A stretch of 64,000 nt of DNA from Pocillopora damicornis (taxonomy: Eukaryota): the NCBI RefSeq assembly GCF_003704095.1, contig NW_020844976.1, positions 1-64,000 on the forward strand, read 5' to 3'. Below, piece after piece: positions 37,938-52,900 of the stretch (positions are counted from its first letter, which is position 1; every line of letters begins with the position of its first letter). Both the position numbers and the translations under genes were made by a program. The notes beneath the pieces are model-generated. The model was not told the origin of the DNA, ran no database searches, and saw nothing but the letters and a program-made list of their open reading frames with translations.

Positions 37938-40900
37938 TTATGACGGTTTTACCATCTCCTCTATAGAAAGAAAAAATTCAATAATCAAGGAAAACTCTGG
38001 CTAACGATTAGGTATATTTATTCAATGAACGTTTCACGCAATTTCGTGAGGCATGCCATAACATCAAGCGTAACGCAAGATTATGACTTTCATTTAAGTC
38101 TATCAGAAGTAACACTCACCGTCGTAAGCTTTTAGCAGTGCCTCCAGGACAAAAATAAATTGTCCCTGAAGAAAAACAAGGGACAGGACTAAGAATTAGT
38201 AAACAACGAATATTCAGAACGACCCGCAATCAAAATGCTGTTGTTACAGTCCAAACACTGTTACCTGCAGCACTTGCACAAACCTGACCAATCAGGTTAC
38301 TAGAAACTAGTTAAAAGTTACATCGAAATTCGACGCTATGTATGCTTGCTTTGGTCCTAGGCACAGATTGGCTCATCTGAATTTATTCGGTAAAATTATT
38401 CGTTTGCTATGATGCGATTGGTTAATTTTGGTTCAGTGGCCCTGTAATGATGAAAACTTATCGATACTGTAACGCAATCTCAACTTACCGGAGTTTGTAT
38501 GAGTGAACATCTTTGATCCCTCATCTTTCGAACGATTTCTAATGGATAAATGGGTTCTGCACTTTCAATCATGTTGAATGCTGACTCCATAAAGATAAGA
38601 ACACCTGTTCGACCAACACCCGCACTTAAAAGGGAGAAGAAAAAAAAGGTACTTCACTCACACAAACCATGAAGTGATGTGACACTTAGCCTAAATGTCA
38701 CGCCAACTTGGTTAACGTGAAGATGCTTAGATTCAGCTGTGAGATTACACTCGCTAACACAATCTCTCAAATTTTTGATGGAGAAATAGAATCTCTAAGA
38801 TTTCAGCAGAAGGTGAAATGATGTTCAGATTTGAGTGCATAATTATGTTTTTTTTCAGTCTTTTGCCGCAGAAATCGTAAGCTTCAAAATCAAACTATAT
38901 CAAAGCGATTCCTTTTGAGAGAAATACTCAGTTTCTTCAGCTTTATTCTAACATTTTGTGTAAGTTGTCTGCTTACCTGCAATGTAACACAGTCGGAGTG
39001 TTTGTTCCTTCCCGGTAATGACGAACAATGTGAATAAACTCCAGAAAATCTGTTGAATCGTCCGGAACATCTACAAACGAACACAAAAACAGTATAAATT
39101 AAAGTTAGAAATAATTATAAACCTTTGAAGACGTTTCTTTTGGATACAACATCATTAATGATAAGCTACATAAATTCAAGGTATACAAATAAACACTCAA
39201 ACTAAGAACTTTGAGGGGAAGCTTCCTCAAAACAAATTTAAAAAAGCCTTGGAAATTGATTAACAAACAGTGTCACAAATTTACCGAAAATTTTAATTTG
39301 TCAACAAAAGGAAATTTCGTTTCCAAAATAGATAAATGAGTAGACGTTATAGTTGATGGAAAATAAATCTGACTTCCAACTCAAAATTACATCTCATCGG
39401 TCCTGATAATAGCGGTAAACCAGTGATTTTTTTTAACAACTTTTGGCTACAAGTAGCGTAGAATCAGATAGATTTTGGAAAACTAAGGGAAAAGTGTCGA
39501 AATATTTGACCAGGTGGCCTACTGCTAAATATTCCTTTCCAAACAAAACCATTTTAAGCCAGGTTTCAATGCTTTGGCTATTGTTTGAGTAAAGAAACAG
39601 AACAAAGCGACATAAAACCAGTAACATTTTCCAACGATGTTAAAAATTTCTTTCTTTGAAAAAGGGACTGGAGGATTTCCACACGCAACACAAGGAGAAC
39701 TTCTAATTGGTTGAGATTTCCCGCGCAATTTCATCACTGTTTCATCGCCACTGGAGCGCATTTTGTAATGTAAGCTGGTTTCACCTTCTTAAAACATTTC
39801 ATATTTTAAAGCGAAATATAACTTAGGTTTGAAAAAATTCAGGTCAAAACCAGCTTTAAGGCTACTACCAATGGGCACAGTTAAAGTTTTCATAGAAAAG
39901 GTCGGGCAGGCGCCTCCGCCGAGCAAAGATTTTCATCAACTCGTCGTGAATGAAGAAGAAGTAATATGGCGAACATGGAGAATTGCGATCCGGAGAGATC
40001 AAAGAGGGTTACCGCCAAACCAAAAGAAAGTTCCTTGGGAAGATTTTGACGACGATGCACTTCTACAAGGTGATATAAGCCGTGTATTTGGTGAGGAAAC
40101 ACTTCGGCACGTTCATGCTATAGTCTGCGGAGACTGGCTAATTCGCTTACCGCCTCGCGTAATTGTTAATATTGCTTCGTATCTTGACCTCATCGACATA
40201 GTTCATTTAGGAGCTGTTTGCAAGTTTACAAGAAAGATATGTGCAAGCGACCAGCTCTGGGAAAAGATCTATCTGGCTTACTGCGACAGTGTGACAGATG
40301 AAGTCAAAACCTTGGCCAAGCAACATGGTTGGCGGAAAGTTTTCTTCACAAACAAGCTAGAGCTTCGCGTAAAATTACGACGAATACAGCGGATCAAATG
40401 AACAGTAAACTGACCTAAAACAATGGCGATGTCTCAGTATACTCGAGAAGAGGCCTTTCAAAGGTCTACAGGAGGTCTCGCCAATCGTTTCAAATTTATT
40501 TTTGAAATCAAATATTCTACTAACAGTACATTTCACTTGAATAAGAGAATTTTAAAATTTTCCGATGTAGAGATTTCCTCAAGCTGGATTGTGATTACTG
40601 ACACACAAATGGCACTAGGTTGTTTACCTTTCAAGAATATCTTGGATGTGTAATCTCTTTAAATGACAGATGTTGGATTAATTTCAGATAAGGCTCAGAA
40701 CCTTATTTTACTAATTGCAAACCGATATTATATTTTTCGAAACTGAATGTTATCTGTGTTGACCTTTCGAAAACCGTAGAAATTTAAGACTCAAAGAACT
40801 TGTGGCATTTCGTACTAATATCTTCTGAAGCTATGAATAACAATCTCTTACAAATAAAAACCAGTTTATCTTTGCTATGAAATCAGAAATGTCTTCGTCA

Positions 40901-43900
40901 AAGACAGTCAATCCAAATGGGTTTTAATTCTACAAAAGTCTTCAAAAGATTAAGCAAAAGTTTTCGTTAGGGAGGGGTGAGGTGGTCGTATATTAGTGTT
41001 ACCTACCATGGTCCGGCCAGGCAATATATTGTAGCTGAACAACAACACGGCTTCGAAGACTCTATAAATAGAAAGAACAGGTGTCAATTTTCAGAGAAAA
41101 AACCGAAAAACTTATTTTGAGCATCATGTTGATGATTTTCCCAAAACACAGTGAAAAACTTATTTTAGGCCACAAAATGTCAACCAAACACACTTCGTAA
41201 GACGCGTTCGGAGAAGTAGGTTTTTTTTCCGCCGCAATTCGAGTGCGTCCGAAAAAAGCCAAAGGCCCCGCTCGTCATGAAGACGGTACCAATTACCGAT
41301 GCCGTATTTTTCGAAGCCAACTTACCTTCGTTTCGGTGACATACATTTCTCTGTAAATATACGACGGTGAGAAGTCGCGGATTTTTGTGCAGACTATTTC
41401 TAGATCTCCAAAGGTAAGAGTTTCCTCTCCTTCCGGCCAATATTGGTGACACTTCACCTGGGAAAATACAAAAAGAAGTGAATTCAACATCGCTGTTATA
41501 AATTCAAAATGGGAAAAAAAATTCAAAATGGGGAAAATACAAAAAGAATTTAATTCAACATTCAACAGTCCCAGCCCCAAAAGGTAGCCAGTTTGTAGGC
41601 CAGAAGGCCTAAGTCACCTCTTAAAGCGAGTACTGAGACGTGATCCCTGCCACAGAAAACCCTACATTCTAACCTCTCATAAGCGACTCCAGACACCCAT
41701 TATGAGGATATTTTTCGAGCTCCAAGGGAGGGGAAGGGAGGTGGTCTCACTGGAGGGTTTACCGCATTAAGGTTCCCGAAGAATCAGCCACCTATCCAGG
41801 TAAACTGGTATACATCCGGAATCTATCGCATTCATGAAACTCGTAATGATCTACAAAATCTACCGAAGATAAGATTTTTCTCTTCGATTTTATACAGTCT
41901 GATGCAGTCGATAATTAGAGAGCCTATAACCCTACCCTTCCTCTCTCGACTGTGGTAGTCAGCATAATAATAAGAGATGCCTCTTGCTCCCACACCATCT
42001 GTAATTCATAGAACAGATATCACTGTTAAAAAGCGACAACATAATCATCAAGCTAATTTAGTGACAATGTATTTACACATTACCTGCCAGAAATCCCCGC
42101 ACGTCTTCTCCAGTGGACCTTGAGCAGCTATGTATCTGTTAAGTAATCCTCTCGCAGGAATTTCCATCTGAAAGGTAATCATAGAAAAGGCTGTTTAGCC
42201 AACCAACAGAGCTGCGACAACTTGATTTCCTCATTGGCTGTGGTCACGTGTTCACGTGTGACACTCACCGTGACGTAGTTAGCGTTGATATAGTCATTCT
42301 TTCCTTTGTAAAGTTTGCATCGCGTATCATCGTCTGTGCATGTAAAGAGTTCAAACACAATTTGAAACTTTTTCATTGCCAAAACACTACACAAAAAGGG
42401 GCCCATTAACAAAATTAAAAAAAGAAGAACGGTAGATAAACTCAAGTTCTCACAAGGTAAAATATCTCTGTATCTGTTGCGTGGAAGGTTTTCGGGCTTT
42501 CTCGCTTCTTCCATAGACATTCCAGGCTTTTTTCTGTACAATTCCTGCAATAAAAGACAGTTAGATATTACTCATTAGCTGTGTAGTATTCTACATGCCA
42601 AGCACTAAAACCTCGTCTAAGAAGAGTTAGGATACTTCAAGTTGCTCAGAAGCAGGGATAGACTTGGTTCAATGGAGCCGGTAAAAAAAGGCCGGTATAC
42701 CACTGCTCACCTGAAAGTACACGAGCAGATCGCCGCTTTCGAGATTCTAGGAAACAATCAATAAAATATATGTATCAGCACACAGGTGTATTACCACTTG
42801 ACAACCAAAGCATCACATTTTCTATTAATAAAAAGTGACATAACTGTAGAAAAACAGAGGTGCACGGTACAACATGGCCGCAGAAATTTGCAGGTAGCTA
42901 TTGCCTGCAAGCCAAGCCCTCAATATTAGCTCTTCGGCACGAACCCGACGGCTTGCCCACACGCGAGGTAGCTGTGAAGGACATAACCAGCGACAGCTTG
43001 TAGCGGCACATAATTTGTGACCAGGACGTTCACACAATTAAAAAAAAAGTCGCGACGAACGCAACATATTTTAACTCTGAACTTTCCTTTGTTCTGGTTA
43101 GCTGGAGAGTGTATCATAAGTCTTCTACCGCCCGGCTTGAAGCATATATTACCTCTCGGAGTTGATCCATAGAAACACGAAGAGCTTCGGTGTCCTTCAC
43201 CACCCCTTTTTCCTTTACTTGTTTGGCAACAACTTTTTCTTGTTCGTGTCTCTGTTCAGCCGCGGCAAACTGCTCCGGACTCACCGCATGCACGGGCGAG
43301 GGGGCAGAATTCGTGAAAACTGGAACGGAATGGAATTAATTTACCTTTAGTAAACATAAAAAGTTCACGTTACAGTCTTCATTCTTCTTGTCGTTTAAGC
43401 TACAGAAACCCAAACAAGCTATAGCAGTGATAGATACTTGATAGGCTTGACCTGTTGTGACATAATAAATACAGAGGAAAACACAAAATATTCTTACCGA
43501 ATGGTCTTATCGTCATTATCAGTAGTCGTCGGTTTGATTTGCTGATTGTTCTTATGAGATCCACAATCTAAAACCAAACCAAAATAGAAATGTAAACAGG
43601 TATTTTATTATCATTATAATTATTATTATTGTTATTTAAGTCTTCAGACATCATCTGCACGCGTTTGACCTCAGTTTATTCATCAAAATGATAAAAAAAT
43701 AGTTTGAATTGCTCGATCCTTTTGGGAGTATAGTTTTCAAGGCTTTCAAAGCATGACAGTTGTGACCCCGCCAAATTGGTTCATAAATGTTGCGTCACTC
43801 TCTCAACATAGCAGATAGAACTACCCTAAACCATCACTATTCAAGTTTTCTCGCGCTTTGAGTACGCTGCTGCAGTTACTCTGGTTTTATGAAAGACGAA

Positions 43901-46900
43901 TTGGAGAAAAAAAGCACAGTATAATTGCACAGATAAAAGCCAGACTCAGTAGACTGATCAGTAATGAAAGGTTTCGTACTTCTTGATGCGGCATTTCCTT
44001 GACAATTCTCCCATTTATGTGGACAATCTCATCTCCTTCCTGTAGCTGCGGCATGCACATATCCGCCTAAAAACAAAAAGCCGCGATATAAAAAACTTCA
44101 TATGACAGCACTGAAACCTGGCAAAATGCTGAACTTGATTAATTTGATCCCAAACACGACTTCATGATGGGGTTCGCTCTGGTGGACTGGTAACTAACAG
44201 CATGGGAACGAAGCCAGTTAACATTTAGCACGAGCCTTCCCCAGTTAAAAATACAGTCCAGCGTGATCTTAAGTGTGTGTGTCAAATGAATATGCATTCC
44301 GCTGGGAACAGTAATGTAATAAATACAATTAATTCCCTGTACAACAGAACGAATGAAAGCCTTCAAACTCACCGGCATTCCTCGTGCGATCTTGGATACA
44401 ATCACTGGTAAATCGATATCAGCTCCACCCTACGAAAGAGAAAAATCACAATGAAAAAATTTGTCTGGGTAAAACTGTTAACACGAGAAGGTAATAACTT
44501 ACCTGAACGTTAAATCCGAATCGTCCTTGTTCATCCGGTTCCATTCTGAAAGAAAAAGAACCATCGATAATTACTGACATATATGCCAGGTTAATCTGTC
44601 TCTCAAAACCTTCACAAGACTGAAAAAGAAAGAGTTGGATGCACAGGAGTCTCTAACAATGCCTTCTTCACCAGTTCATATTACAGACAGGCAGCTAGGT
44701 AAAAACTCTTTTATTAACATTTGATTAAAAAGGAGATAAATCGAACAAATAAATCGAGCAAATATATCAGTATTTTTCCGCACGCAGCCAAATAAAACAT
44801 GTCTTCTTTACCTTACAGTAATAAGACCTTCTTGATTAGCAGAACCATTTCTCTGCGAAAAAATAGCAGAAGTAAATAGATTTAGAATCACATTAAAAGA
44901 TACAAAATAAAGATATGGGCTCAGCACGCTAAAATCATGATAGAATACTTATTTTTGGACCAGAGGAAATTTACATATTCACATATGTAGCTGCTATTTC
45001 TGGGTTTACGAATGATATACAAAAATTTCCTCCCAAAAGAAAGAGCGTTTGTAAAAAATAATAATCTGTATGCAAGGAGAGAATCTACACAAGTACAAAT
45101 AAATAAAACAGGGCGGAGGATGATAAAAATTTCAAGAGGATACAGTCGGATTGTGAGTGAAGGAAAAGACAATTTAAGTGCTTAAAGCAAGGCAAATGTG
45201 CAGTGGCATGAAATACGAACGTCATTTTAAAGAGGATAAGAATGCTTAGGAGCATATCATAAACATTTCCGCACAGAAGGATTTTCGTGTAAAGTTTCCA
45301 AGGGAAAAACAAACAGGAAGAAACAAAGAAGGCTTTCGTTTCCGTCTCTCTCGTCTGATCCATACGTAAAGACAAAAACAACTTGACTGTACTCTGATAA
45401 AGAAACAAAGTAATGGGGAAATGAGAAAATCCACATGGAATTCAATTTTCAAACTTTGAACATCCATAGCTGCAACTACTGAACATTGTTCAGTGAACAC
45501 AAATATTGCATATTAAGCAGATTTGAAGTAGAAACAGAGAAGAAACACTCTAGAAGTGAAATGAATGCTGTGGAAAGAGGAAAGTGAAGAAACACAACAA
45601 ATGAGAAGTTCGCGTTTAAAGTAGCATAGTCCTGATCAAGATTCCAGATAGTTACTTTTACTGTTTTCATTTTGTTTCTCATACATACCGGACGAGAACT
45701 GTACTCAGCTGCCTCGTCTTCCATATCAGAACCACAAGAGTCGTTAGAGGAAACACTTTTACGCTGAGCGAAGGAGAAAGATACGGAGAAGAGAGAGCAA
45801 GGAAACTCAGGTAGTAAACAGAACAGTATGCACGCTGCCCGCATGCTGTAGAAAAGCAAGAAGGCTAAGAAGCAACGCGAATTGACGGACCTCACCAAAG
45901 TTTTTTTTAGCTGTTTTCTGAAATGTCACGCAACATCCTCAATCCCCTACCCCGCCCTATTACAGCTCCTGCCTCAAGAAGAGTTGCGTGACTCCCAACT
46001 AACGGCTGCGATGGAGGCTATGTTAACTATAAACCTTCTTACATGTAATTCTGGCGTTAGAGCAGGTTTTAGTCGATTCATATGTCCCTCGGCGTCCGCC
46101 ATTCCAAGGCTCTTGCTTCGAACTAAAGAGTTGTTCATTCTAGAAACGAAAAATGAAACAATTCATCACGTTAAGAAGTCATAGGCTTTGCTGGTTACCT
46201 CAATGATGCCCGCGATAAAAAGATGAGCCCGCGTATTGGCGGCCGGAGATTCGCGCATGAGTAAGCACGCGCAAAGATTGAAAATCCTTGTGACTGAAAC
46301 GCCCGCTCAATTTTTTCAATAGTTAGAAAATTCGCCCGGAACTGTGTGAATGTAACAGGACCCACTAAATATGGAAAAAAACAGATCACTCGCTCACTCA
46401 CTTGTCAAAATTTGACGGGACAGATGACGAATAATTCAGACCAGCAGACTTGTCGTTGAATACCATGTCATCTTTGTCAAACACGTGATCAAGGTCTATT
46501 CTCCGCCGAGAACCTGGACAGAATTACGAAAATCAAGACTTAAAAATATGTATAGAAACTCGAAAACTTAAGTTGAGTTAACCAGATTCCTAGTGCAACT
46601 AACCGTCATCATTCCTTTTGGAATACCTTCTGCTGAGAGTCCTAGAAAAAAACAGAGTAATAATTTAAACATAAATTCACTCACAAAGAATATTAAAACT
46701 AGAAAATATTTCCCTCAATGAATAAAACGCAAAAACGACCTACATTACGAAAACAATTTAAATACCTCACAATCTTAGGTTCAGTTCTTGGCTGTCTTCT
46801 ACCTTCTTCTATCGCCTGATATTCTGTTTTCCCCCTGCAGCGAAGTGAACCAAGGAAATTACAATATAATAATTTTCCGCAAATGCACCATGGCACAAAA

Positions 46901-49900
46901 TATCTTTGCACGGTGTTGCAGCGCGCAGATATTACCTGTATCTGTACTTCGAGCCGATCCTCACAAGCGAGCCTTTGTTGTTCGTTGGTTTTGGAAAATG
47001 AGTTCTATAAAGGAAAAGAAAAAAAAATAATGTTAAATTAAATCAAGCACTCAAGTGAAAATTGCTGAATGGTTTCACAATGCAGTCTTGCTAAAACTAG
47101 CGCCCAATATGCTCTTGTTCGCGGGGCTGTCATGAGCATTACATAAGTGTACTACACACGCGTGTAATAAACAAGAGAAAAAGCCCCTTAAATCATCGCG
47201 CGCGCGTGAATTCTCGCTCGCGCGTGCTGATCTCAATCACGCACATCTAGCACGCAGGCAGAGTAAAAACTGACCTATAAAAAGTGTGATATTCAACACA
47301 GGTTTTCCAAAGTGTTTTGCATGCTCTGTAGGTTGGCATGTGAAAACCAATGACATTATCAGTCCATTCATTCTGAAAACAAAAATGAAAACAAAACTAA
47401 GCATGTTAAAAATAACAATCCCGTCCAAAATTGTGGTGTATCTTAAAAGTGTAGATCAGGAGAGAAATCCCAAACGGGGATGCTTGTAATCTAACATTTG
47501 TAAAAAATAAAACTCTTACCCAATCTGGCCGTATCTGAACAAAGAATCTTTTCCTTTTAAAACAAACTTTTACAATCTTTGACCTGCAAGTAAAGCAAAT
47601 CACAAAGTTTTTCAGCTTCTGAACATTTAAAAAGAGAACTGAAAGGGCAATGTTAACAAAATGTTCAAATGTCAGATTGTGTTAGTATAAACCCTGGAGG
47701 ACATTTTTCAGGAAATTTTCAAACCAAGAAGATCTTTTGGAAACAATTCAGTCTGAATACTGTTTATCTTGTAATCTTTACACCAAAGAAAATTTTGGGG
47801 CTGTACATACAAAGACACGAGAGGGCTAGAAGCTGTCAATTTCTGACCAGACTGCAATAGAATTACTGACGTGATTCTGGATTACATGTAAAAGGATCAA
47901 TCCTACACTAGCTACTAGGAATCTTACATGTATAATACATCCAGGGGTTTCATAATTTTTTCCATAAGTGGCTTCCACTTGTGTGATGAGCAACTGTGCC
48001 CAAAAGGAGGGAGTAAGGCAACACCCAAACAAGTGAACCTTTTCCCAGCCTAAACAGACGGTGGTAAGAGGTCTTACAGGCAGCAGCAGACCCCTTGTAA
48101 CTGGCTATTATCAAAACAATGGTATACCAGCCTTGATGTTCTACAATCTCATCTCTACATACCATGGGAAGAAATTAATTTTACATCTGTTGTGGTAGAC
48201 AGTCAAACCAAGAGGAGAAATTCCAATGTGAAGATCAAGGCCATCATGATCCTACAAAGAAAGAGGAAAGAACCTTAACATCAAAACAATTATTTTTGTC
48301 AGAATTAGTATGGACCATACATTACATTTCACTTAAAAACTCTAACAATATTAGTATTGATAATAGGATTGAGTGGAGTCTAATTCAGTCTGTGATCATA
48401 CAAATGATTAACAAAATCTGATGAATGCAAGGTGGGAGTTTAATTTTGTTAATTGTTCATGTGATTACAGACAGAACTGGACAACACAAAGTCCTGTCAC
48501 CAATTTATCAAAACTATCACAAAACTAGTGAAACAAACTAGCCATTCAGTGGTTGTATGTTTTCATTCATAAAACACACACAACAACAATAGTAAACAAA
48601 TGGAAACTTGTGACAACAGCACATACACATAGGAGCAAAGAATTTATAAGCAGATTGTCTCCCATACCTTAGCAAAATGAAGATCTACTCCATAGAGATC
48701 CAAATTTTTGGCTACCTCAAGAAAATTGAATTCTGCATCTGCTGGACTTTGGCCACTGAAAAAGATTCATTACTTTAAGATTCAAGTTGAGTACATGGAA
48801 TCTCAAGTATACTGACAGAAAAAAATAGGCCATCATCAATCCTTAAATTTATTACCCATGATGTTTGTGAAATTCTGCTGCCCTTTCTTCAAAATCCTCT
48901 GACTGGAAAGAGAAAAAATTAAGCCATGTTTAACACATGCCATCAAGAAATATTTGCATTTTTAAATTACCATATCTTAAATTTGCAATATTCTGTATAT
49001 GAGTACACTGTATGTCTCAAGGTAACATTGTACACTTTCATTCCCATGCATAACTGTAAACATACATGTTATGTGTGTGTGTGTTTTTTTTTTTTTTTCA
49101 GACATGTCATTAGCATATCACAAATACCAAAATCCAAGTTATTACTGCAGTCAAACAGGAAAAAAGAACAACATCACATGTCCCAATGTTTACTACCAAA
49201 ACAGCTTGATTACAAAGTCAGTACAGCATTAGGAAGGGAGAACACTTCACAGACCTGGTCGGGTACAAAACGGAATTCAGACACATATGCTTCATGCATT
49301 GCCCTGGGGTCATAATCACCAAGTTCACCTGAAATATTGACCAGTAAATAAGTAAGGATACTGCGCAAGCATAAGTTAATTTGGAATTGAACATGCACAT
49401 TGTGAATGTTTTAGGAGAATATCTACCTTGAATGTATCAACTTCAGAGGATTTTTCTGTTACAGTATTTTCAGCATAAGACTGCAATTTATTAATTAGTG
49501 GCAAGGAAGAACAAAAAGAAATTTCTTGGAGCAGAATTCATAACCTGTTCAGAAAAGCTAGTTTATACATCCTGAAGAACACACCATTCATTTTCACATA
49601 TTTTTATTGTCATAACCAGTTGATGACAAAATTCAAGTTGAAAGGAAAAACTTAGTTCACCTTGAAGTACATAGGAAGCTAATTCTGCTGCAGTGTCGTA
49701 CAAACATGGCAATCTGCAAAAAGGAAATCCTTCATCTATTAACCCTTTAGCCTCTCAGTGTGATCAGTAATAAATTTCTCCTTACAATATCACCCCTAAA
49801 TCCAACATTTAGGTCACAAGAATAAAGAAATGATCACAAACTTAAGTGGCTCTTGATTGATAGACAAATTCTCCCCTGTCAATACCATAAGGAATGGAGA

Positions 49901-52900
49901 AAGGGCAGTATAGAGAAAATGCATGCTGATGTTAGGGTGTAAAGGGTTAAAGGTCTTGTACCCACAAACAAGCAAGTTATGTGTCAAAGTAAATCAGAAA
50001 TCCTTCATGAGAAAAGAGTAGTATATTTATCTAAGAGTTAGATGATCATCAATTACCTTCCAGTCAAAAGGTCTCGTTTTATTTGAAGATAGAATTGATA
50101 TCTGCAAATGTACAATTTAATTAACGATTAACTACTTAAAGTATTTCAATTGTGACAGTAATAGGAAGAACAAGGTTGTAATTGTTGATATTGCATCAAG
50201 TTTATAGCAAATGATTTATAAAATTTCATACCTTGTTACATCCTCAGAAAGTTTGGAAGGATCTGAAGCAAAAAATCTCACTCTAAAATAAAATATGTAG
50301 GGGGGACCACCTGTGAAGTAAAAATTAAAAGAGCATTAATTTAAGTAATAATCAGTATGGATAATTTCATTGCCTGGAAGAGGCTGAGTGCCTGAGATAC
50401 CCAGGAGCTACCCCTAAGATTGGCATTTAATTTCTCCTTTCAATATCACCCTTCAATCACATGTTAAGGTCACAAGAATGAAGAAAATGATCACCAATTT
50501 AAGGAGCTCCTGATTATCAAACAAATTCTCCATGTCATTACAAGAGGAATTGTGATGATAAGAGTATAGAGAATATGAATGTTAATGTTAGGATGTAAAG
50601 AGTTTATATTCAGGTCCTAGAACAGTACCATTCTCATGGTAAATACTGGCAACCTAGCTGGGGGATGTGGGAATGAAAATGCCACCCTTACTTGAACATG
50701 CCTTCATCCACTTGATACACTTCAGTTAGAAGGTGATTGTTAGAATCCTGGCACATGAACAAATTATTCAATTATTTTAACTGCACTTTTTATCCACCTC
50801 TTATAAAAGTTCCTATGTGACAAGACCTCAAAATGAAACAACTCCCCTAATATAGTAATGAAGACCCAAATATCTTTAATGTACATTGTTACAATATTGT
50901 TACTTACGTTTCAGTTGTTTCCTGATTTGTTTGTCAGAATTAAGCCATTGCTATTAAATGAAACAGGAGATGTGATGGTCAATGGAAAAGTCACAAACAA
51001 AACTGATATTATAAAAATTGTATGGCAGACATTAAGGAGAAGTACTTACGAGATCTTGGGAGTGAAATTGTTAATGAAGGGGTACATTTGATACAGGTTT
51101 CACTGTTTGCAAAAGAAACTATGAAGTAAATTTTGCAGAAAAAATATTGGAGGGTACCTACCAAGTTGTCGGGAGAATCAGCAACAAATTGAAGACCAAA
51201 GAAATGTTTTTCCAACAAGTCAAGATGCTTGAAAACAGCTTCTAGCAAAGTTTCACCCCTGGAATGTTTCTAAATAAAGCAAAGACAGTAAATATTTGCA
51301 AGTTTTAAAGCTACATGTATCACAAAAATGCAAGCATTTCTGGAATGTCAAAAGAAAACTCATCTTGATGAAACATCAACCTGAAGTCTGTGGTTAACAG
51401 ATTAACAAATTACCTAGAAGTTAATTACATCTGTAAAAACCACATTACTAAATTATCATATATTTTTTTAGATGTGCAAATCACAAACATTTATAGCTTC
51501 AAATCTGCGATACTATGATGCTAAAAATATCAAAAAGATTTGATCAGAATGTTGGCTAATCAAAGATTTATCTACATTTCATAAATGATAATACTAAAAA
51601 TAGAATTTGTTAATAGTGTTGAAGTCGAAGGAGATCAGAAGTTTAAAATTAAAGTAAAGGAAAAAAAGAATGAGTATTTTTGAATAGTTTAGAATATCCA
51701 AACTACTGCTAAGTCGCAAGTTTCACAGGTAATCAGCTTTAAGACATTTGTTACATAAATATTAATGAAAGCAAGACCCCCCTACGACCTCTACAGAAAC
51801 TTGTAGTTTTAATTTAAAAACTTGCTGTAAGAAATTGCCACTCAGAAATTCTACTCACATGTATGAGGATATCAACAGAAAATTTACATTATTACTGATT
51901 TATGCTGTATATTTAACTCACTAGAACAAAGACGAGTTCCAGAAAATATCTTATTTTTAAATGACCAAATTAATCTTTGCGATGTTCTTGAGACAACTTC
52001 AAATTTTATGAAAAATATTATATTGTTTTAAAAATCTAGGCGATGATGCTGTCGTAGCACACAGACAATACCTTCTGAAAGTAAAAGAAAGAAAAACGAT
52101 AATGATGTTTAAAAAAAGTTCAAAATTACATCATCATGCATAACTGAAAATAAGTTAATAACTTTCTTTCATTTACATAAAAATAAAACAATACCTAGGA
52201 AGCAGTAACAGCAAAATGATGACTCAGACTCATTCAAATTCCATTCACGTAATATAGAATCCATCAAATAGAATTGTAAATCCTTTTGAAGATTTTAAAT
52301 ATTTATAATTGGTAGGATTTTTTTCTCATCAACATATATCACATATAAAACAGTGTCAATGGAAAACTGCTTTCATTGAATTAAGGTATATTTTTCATTA
52401 TTTTATGTGTAATGCAATAGATATATACTAAAAATGAGCTGAAAATTGTATAACACGATCAAACTATAAAATGTACTTGTAACATGATACTAGTAAGACG
52501 ATTTACTGCTCTCGACAGATTTCAGCTGAATCGTGTTCAAAAATAGACCAGGAAAATATTGAAGAAATGCAAATAAAGTTCGAAAGAAGAAAACAGAGAT
52601 TCAATTCAAAACTCTAAAATGGGAGTTCTGCTTCTTCACACTGTAAATTTTTTACTAGAGGAAAACACCAAGGTGTGAAAATATGCGTAATTTGTAACTG
52701 TCGCATACATTCTCCGGCTTCTTTCATTTTTCGAGATTTTTGAAAAGATAATGCAAAACTAAAATACACCGCCGGAGTTTTGAAGCTCATCAAAACGTAA
52801 TTTAAAGTTAGATGTTTTCCAATGGCTTCATATATTTTCGCTAATTTTGGTGTTTATTTTTTAAACACATTTAACTCGATCAGAATCGCCTTAATTTCAT

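Noticed and set aside
39829-39870. N-terminal extension of FBXO36 in the ORF track
   Set aside because: It starts at TTG. Similarity to FBXO36 begins just after ATG 39871.
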